DNA from: Candidatus Zixiibacteriota bacterium
Lineage (GTDB): Bacteria > RBG-13-66-14 > B26-G2 > WVWN01
DNA: 64,000 nt
Direction: 5' to 3'
NCBI GenBank assembly: GCA_050117845.1
Contig: JASFLY010000001.1
Location: 128,001 to 192,000 of the forward strand
Positions 60,370-64,000 of the stretch are shown here, piece after piece (within the stretch, counting starts at the first letter, position 1; each line of letters opens with the position of its first letter). The position numbers and the translations under genes were made by a program. The notes beneath the pieces are model-generated. The model saw only the letters and a program-made list of their open reading frames with translations. It had not been told where the DNA came from and made no database searches.

Positions 60370-61218
60370 CTACCCGGGGCCGAAGCAATCGAAGCCGGCC
60401 TTCCTCCACGTCTCAATCTCCTCCGCGTTGAGCTCCACCATCATGTCGGAGGGGTAGCGGAGTTTAAAGAGGAACTCGGCGTTGTTTTTAATCCCCAGCG
60501 TACTCATTCTCTCCCGGTATTTCTCGACCCAGGCCGGCGTCTCCTGTTTGTCGGCCTCCACCGCCTCGACGAACACGCGTTCGAAGTACTTCTCGACGTT
60601 CTCGTCGAGCGAGCCGTACTTGTCGTCGAAGGCCCGTCGTATCTCCTCGTCGTCCGGCGTCCGGTATCGCTCCCGGTGCACGACGATTTCCGTCGCCAGC
60701 TTGGTGACGCCGCGGGGGACCGTTTTGGCGTAGCCGAGCGACAACAGCAGTACCGGAAACACGTACTCGGGGATATCGAAATACTCCCGGGCCTCGTCGG
60801 CCACGTACTGAATGCTCCCGACGTACACCGAACCCAGCCCCAGCTCCTCGGCCAGGACTACGGCGGTCTGGGCCGCGCAGATGACGTCGGCGTAGCCGAT
60901 GAGGGAATGCGACAGGGCCTCGTTGCCCCGGAAGTCGACGCCCGACTGCGCCGCCCACTTCTTGAGGCGCCAGAAGTCGAGGCAGAAAATCATCGTAAGC
61001 GGAGCGTTCTTGACCCAGGGCTGGTTGCCGACCATCTCGGCGAGCCGGGCCCGGCGTTCGGCCTCCTGCACCAGGATTATGGAAAGGGGTTGCATGTTGC
61101 CGCCGGTGGGGGCGTTGTTGGCGGCGCGGACGAGCTTGTCGATAACGTCGTCGGGAATGGGGCGGTTCTCGAAGTTCCGCACGGACCGCCGCCTCATTAG
61201 CAAGTCGTAGAGACCCAT
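60370..61218 (-). CDS. Nitroreductase (NfsA-like)
   Basis: RRSVRNF, APTGGNMQP, AEELGLGSVYVG, LSLGY. Confidence 0.9.
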   Translation of the reverse strand: MGLYDLLMRRRSVRNFENRPIPDDVIDKLVRAANNAPTGGNMQPLSIILVQEAERRARLAEMVGNQPWVKNAPLTMIFCLDFWRLKKWAAQSGVDFRGNEALSHSLIGYADVICAAQTAVVLAEELGLGSVYVGSIQYVADEAREYFDIPEYVFPVLLLSLGYAKTVPRGVTKLATEIVVHRERYRTPDDEEIRRAFDDKYGSLDENVEKYFERVFVEAVEADKQETPAWVEKYRERMSTLGIKNNAEFLFKLRYPSDMMVELNAEEIETWRKAGFDCFGPG

Positions 61219-61239
61219 TCATTTCCTCCCGTAGGGTTT

Positions 61240-61602
61240 TTACGTTCCTTCGCCGTACGCGTCCAGGACCTCGGGCGGCAGGAGCGCCTCGCCCGGCGCC
61301 GTCATCTTCCCGGCCCGCAGCATTTTGAGGGCCCGCCGCTTGTTGTAGGCGGACCACGCGCTCCCCGGCCGCCGGGGCGAGAAGCGGCGCGTATACTTCT
61401 CGTCGTCGATGGCCTTCACGAGGCCGTCGATCCACCCGAAGCACACGGCCTCCTCCACCGCCTCGTCGTAGGGCAGCGACGGCTTCCCCGAGGCCTTCTT
61501 GTAGAAAACGACCCAGATTTCGTCCTTACTCTCGTGGTTCTCGGCCAACCATTGCCGCCACTCCTCCCGGGAGGCCGTGTCCAACGTCTCGCCGATTTCC
61601 AT
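61240..61602 (-). CDS. YdeI/OmpD-associated family protein
   Basis: WRQWL.ENH, EAVCFGWIDG, FSPRR..S.WS..N. Confidence 0.88.
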   Translation of the reverse strand: MEIGETLDTASREEWRQWLAENHESKDEIWVVFYKKASGKPSLPYDEAVEEAVCFGWIDGLVKAIDDEKYTRRFSPRRPGSAWSAYNKRRALKMLRAGKMTAPGEALLPPEVLDAYGEGT

Positions 61603-61679
61603 CTCTTAAAACTCCTTATCCTGCCGCAAACGGAACCGCGGCCTCGCCGCGGGGAAAGCGCGGCCTGGCCGCAAGGGAA

Positions 61680-62024
61680 TTACTTCGCGCCGTGGGGCAC
61701 CAGGCACAGGAAGCGGAACGGCCCCGCGCCGACGTTCTTGAAATTGTGGTCCTCCCCCGGCGGCACCAGCGCCGCCGTGCCGGGCCGGAGTTCCCGCTCG
61801 CCCTCCGCGCCGGCGACGACGCCCTCGCCCTCCAGGACGAAGACCTCGTGTTCCCAGTCGTGGGCGTGGTAGGGGGTGTGGCCGCCCGGGGCCAGCTCGA
61901 ACTCGCGCAGCGCGAAACCCGGCGCGCCGTCATCTTCGGTTATAAGCCAGCGGATCTTGACGCCCTCGGCGCCCTCCGCCGCCACGTCGTCCTGCCGGAC
62001 TTCCTTGTAGTCCCTTACTATCAC
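61680..62024 (-). CDS. Cupin domain protein
   Basis: PGGHTPYHAHDWEHEVFVLEG, H.FKN. Confidence 0.9.
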   Translation of the reverse strand: MIVRDYKEVRQDDVAAEGAEGVKIRWLITEDDGAPGFALREFELAPGGHTPYHAHDWEHEVFVLEGEGVVAGAEGERELRPGTAALVPPGEDHNFKNVGAGPFRFLCLVPHGAK

Positions 62025-62044
62025 GTTTCCTCCTTAATGCTTTT

Positions 62045-63004
62045 TTATCCCAACCGGTCGCGTATCGCCGCCAGCGCCGCCAGGCCCTTCTGTTCCGCAT
62101 CCCGCGCCGTGCGGAGCGCCGCCGCCGCCTCGCCGCAACGGGCCCTATCCTTGACGTGCCCCTCTCCCCGATCGAGGAACGGGAAGAGTTCGGCGACTTT
62201 TTTCAGCCCCGCCGCGACGGCCCGGTAATGTCCCTTCGCCTCGTCGAAGAGGCCGGCCGGTTCGCCCAGCCGCCCCTTCGCCTCCTCCAGGAACTTGACG
62301 GCGAAGTCCCGGCACTCGTGCCACACTTGCGCGTTATAAGCGGCGCCGAGGACGTGGGCCGTCCCGCCCTCCAGCGCTTCCGCCCATACGTCGAAGGCCG
62401 CGGGGCCGGATTTATATTTAGGAAATACCCATTCGGCCGGGCTCTCGGCGAAGGCGAGCGCGAAGGAGAGCGCCTCCCGCACCGTCGTACGGTCGTCCGC
62501 CGCGTCGCCCGGCATCAGCGAGTACATCTCCAGCATGCCTATCTCGGTATCGCCCAGTTCCCGCCAGGGCTTGGGGCCCGCCACGCCCTCGCGGGGCGGC
62601 CCGGAGTAGTAGTAGCCGACGTCATCGTAGCCGCAGATGACGTAGTACTCCGGCACGTCGAGCTCCCAACCGTACGACGGCATGTCGCCCTCGACGGCCA
62701 GTTTCAAATTATCCCAGAAGACGCGCTGCTTCTCGCCGAAGTCCGCGTCGTTCCGGGAGGCGCACAGGCCGGCGGCGACGTATCCGACGTTCTCGCCCAG
62801 CTTCCGCATCCGCCGGGTATTCCAGGCCGTGGGGCCGCTGGGGCATACGCCCTCGCCGATATTGATTATGAAGGCGTGGCCCGTGGCGCCGAAGAGCCAC
62901 GCGTTCGAAACGTTCATCTTCATGTAGTCCAAGCAGCCGGCGACGCAGCCGAGATGGGACACCCAGGCCGGTTTCCACCGCAAATTCGCCAGTTCCTTTT
63001 TCAT
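62045..63004 (-). CDS. Conserved-looking hypothetical protein (possibly BtrH/papain-like N-terminus)
   Basis: 319-aa ORF with SD GGAGG; SHLGC..GCL, GATGHAF, EYYVICGYD; helical C-terminus. Confidence 0.7.
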   Translation of the reverse strand: MKKELANLRWKPAWVSHLGCVAGCLDYMKMNVSNAWLFGATGHAFIINIGEGVCPSGPTAWNTRRMRKLGENVGYVAAGLCASRNDADFGEKQRVFWDNLKLAVEGDMPSYGWELDVPEYYVICGYDDVGYYYSGPPREGVAGPKPWRELGDTEIGMLEMYSLMPGDAADDRTTVREALSFALAFAESPAEWVFPKYKSGPAAFDVWAEALEGGTAHVLGAAYNAQVWHECRDFAVKFLEEAKGRLGEPAGLFDEAKGHYRAVAAGLKKVAELFPFLDRGEGHVKDRARCGEAAAALRTARDAEQKGLAALAAIRDRLG

Positions 63005-63078
63005 CCCCGAACCTCCGTTTCGGCCCCCGGTTCGACCGGGACCCGCGTGCGCGCCCTATCGCCGCGCCTCGTTTGCGC

Positions 63079-63927
63079 CTACCCGCTCTTCCGCGCCGTG
63101 TAAACGACCAGCGCGCCCATGGCCTCGACCGTCGGCCCCGGGAAATCGGGCCGTAAGTCGACGTCGTCGAAGCCGACGTCCTCGAGCAGCGCCCGGTACT
63201 CCTCGTCCGTGTAGGCCTGGAAGGTCTGGGCGTGGCGCGTGACCCCGGCCGAGGCCGCGTCGATAATGTAGTACCGCGTCGTCGCGGTCCCGCCCTCCTC
63301 GTCCCAGAAGTTCTCGTCCAGCCGCACGTACGGCTCGTCCGAGAATAGGCCCGCCTCCCTCGTGCGCCAGGAGGCGGGAGCGGTCCCGATGTGTTTGATG
63401 ACCTCCCGGGGGTGAACCTCGAGGAGGATAACGCCGCCCGGCGCCAGCGCCCGGTACATTTCGTCGAGAACGGCCCGGCCGTCCCCCGGCCTGAACGTGT
63501 TGAACTCGCCGAATATTATATAAGCCAGGCCGTAGCCGTCGCCGAAATCGCCGGTGCGAACGTCGCGGTGCTGGTACGTGGCGCTCAGACCTTCGCGACG
63601 GGCTTCCTCTGCGGCGTACTCTATAGAAGCCGGCGAGTAGTCTATCCCGGTGACCTCGTGGCCCCGCCGCGCCAGCCGGCCGGCGTACAGGCCCGGGCCG
63701 CAACACACGTCGAGGACCCTCACCGTCTTCCCGGCGAGTATGACGTCGTGGATCCAGGCCACGTGCTCGTCGACGACGGCGAAGCGGCGGCTGGCGGCGT
63801 CGTGCTCCTGGCTCAGGTGTTCGGCCAGCATCCGCCGGCTGAACGCGGGTTCGTCCCAGGGGATGTTCTCGCCCTCGGCCCAGGGGTCGGGCGGGACGTG
63901 TCTTTTTATCAGGTCGTTTAAATGCAT
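63079..63927 (-). CDS. Class I SAM-dependent methyltransferase
   Basis: VLDVCCGPG, GIDYS, ALAPGG; IPWDEPAFSRRML.EHL N-terminus; start approximate. Confidence 0.88.
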   Translation of the reverse strand: MHLNDLIKRHVPPDPWAEGENIPWDEPAFSRRMLAEHLSQEHDAASRRFAVVDEHVAWIHDVILAGKTVRVLDVCCGPGLYAGRLARRGHEVTGIDYSPASIEYAAEEARREGLSATYQHRDVRTGDFGDGYGLAYIIFGEFNTFRPGDGRAVLDEMYRALAPGGVILLEVHPREVIKHIGTAPASWRTREAGLFSDEPYVRLDENFWDEEGGTATTRYYIIDAASAGVTRHAQTFQAYTDEEYRALLEDVGFDDVDLRPDFPGPTVEAMGALVVYTARKSG

Positions 63928-64000
63928 ACGGGAATCTACCATAACCGGGCGCCGGGGCCCAAACATATTTTCCGGCGCAAAAAACGCGGCCCGAAGGCCG

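Noticed and set aside
45404..63927. Long co-oriented run of GNAT/HAD/MBL/methyltransferase/GyrI/nitroreductase/cupin genes suggesting an integron array
   Set aside because: Many genes overlap or have very short spacers; no recurring attC-like RYYYAAC...GTTRRRY palindromes and no IntI were seen.

Overview
A high-GC bacterial chromosomal window. It probably comes from a diderm organism (it carries a PorV/PorQ-like barrel and an NlpI-like lipoprotein); the taxon cannot be assigned from sequence alone. (1) 1-25.5 kb, minus strand: a core block ftsH-folP-cdaA-ybbR-phoH-pgpH-ybeY-dgkA-corC-OMP-accA-thioesterase-porV-like, then rny-ymdB-dnaG-rpoD. That last string is interleaved with three paralogous small TPR genes, a 72-aa Cys/His protein and an opposite-strand GT9 + methyltransferase pair. 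A promoter-driven, roughly 220-nt rod-shaped RNA (6S-like candidate) lies in front of rny. (2) 25.9-40.8 kb, plus strand: a B12-dependent short-chain acyl-CoA operon (cobO, meaB, acyl-CoA dehydrogenase, two mutase large subunits with isobutyryl- versus methylmalonyl-CoA specificity residues and one B12-binding subunit, acyl-CoA carboxylase subunits, mce, crt, thiolase, hbd). (3) 40.8-64 kb: accessory genes, almost all on the minus strand (YD-like repeat protein, TPR lipoprotein, EEP nuclease, eRF1-like factor, hydrolases, methyltransferases, radical SAM, permease, protease and others). The most notable non-coding signals are single genes bracketed by duplications of the upstream gene's 3' end (about 101-bp and 10-bp direct repeats) with no integrase or transposase in the window, a triplicated terminator, and REP/MITE-like hairpin modules with a compensatory base change. 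No tRNA, rRNA, CRISPR array, transposase or integrase was recognised.
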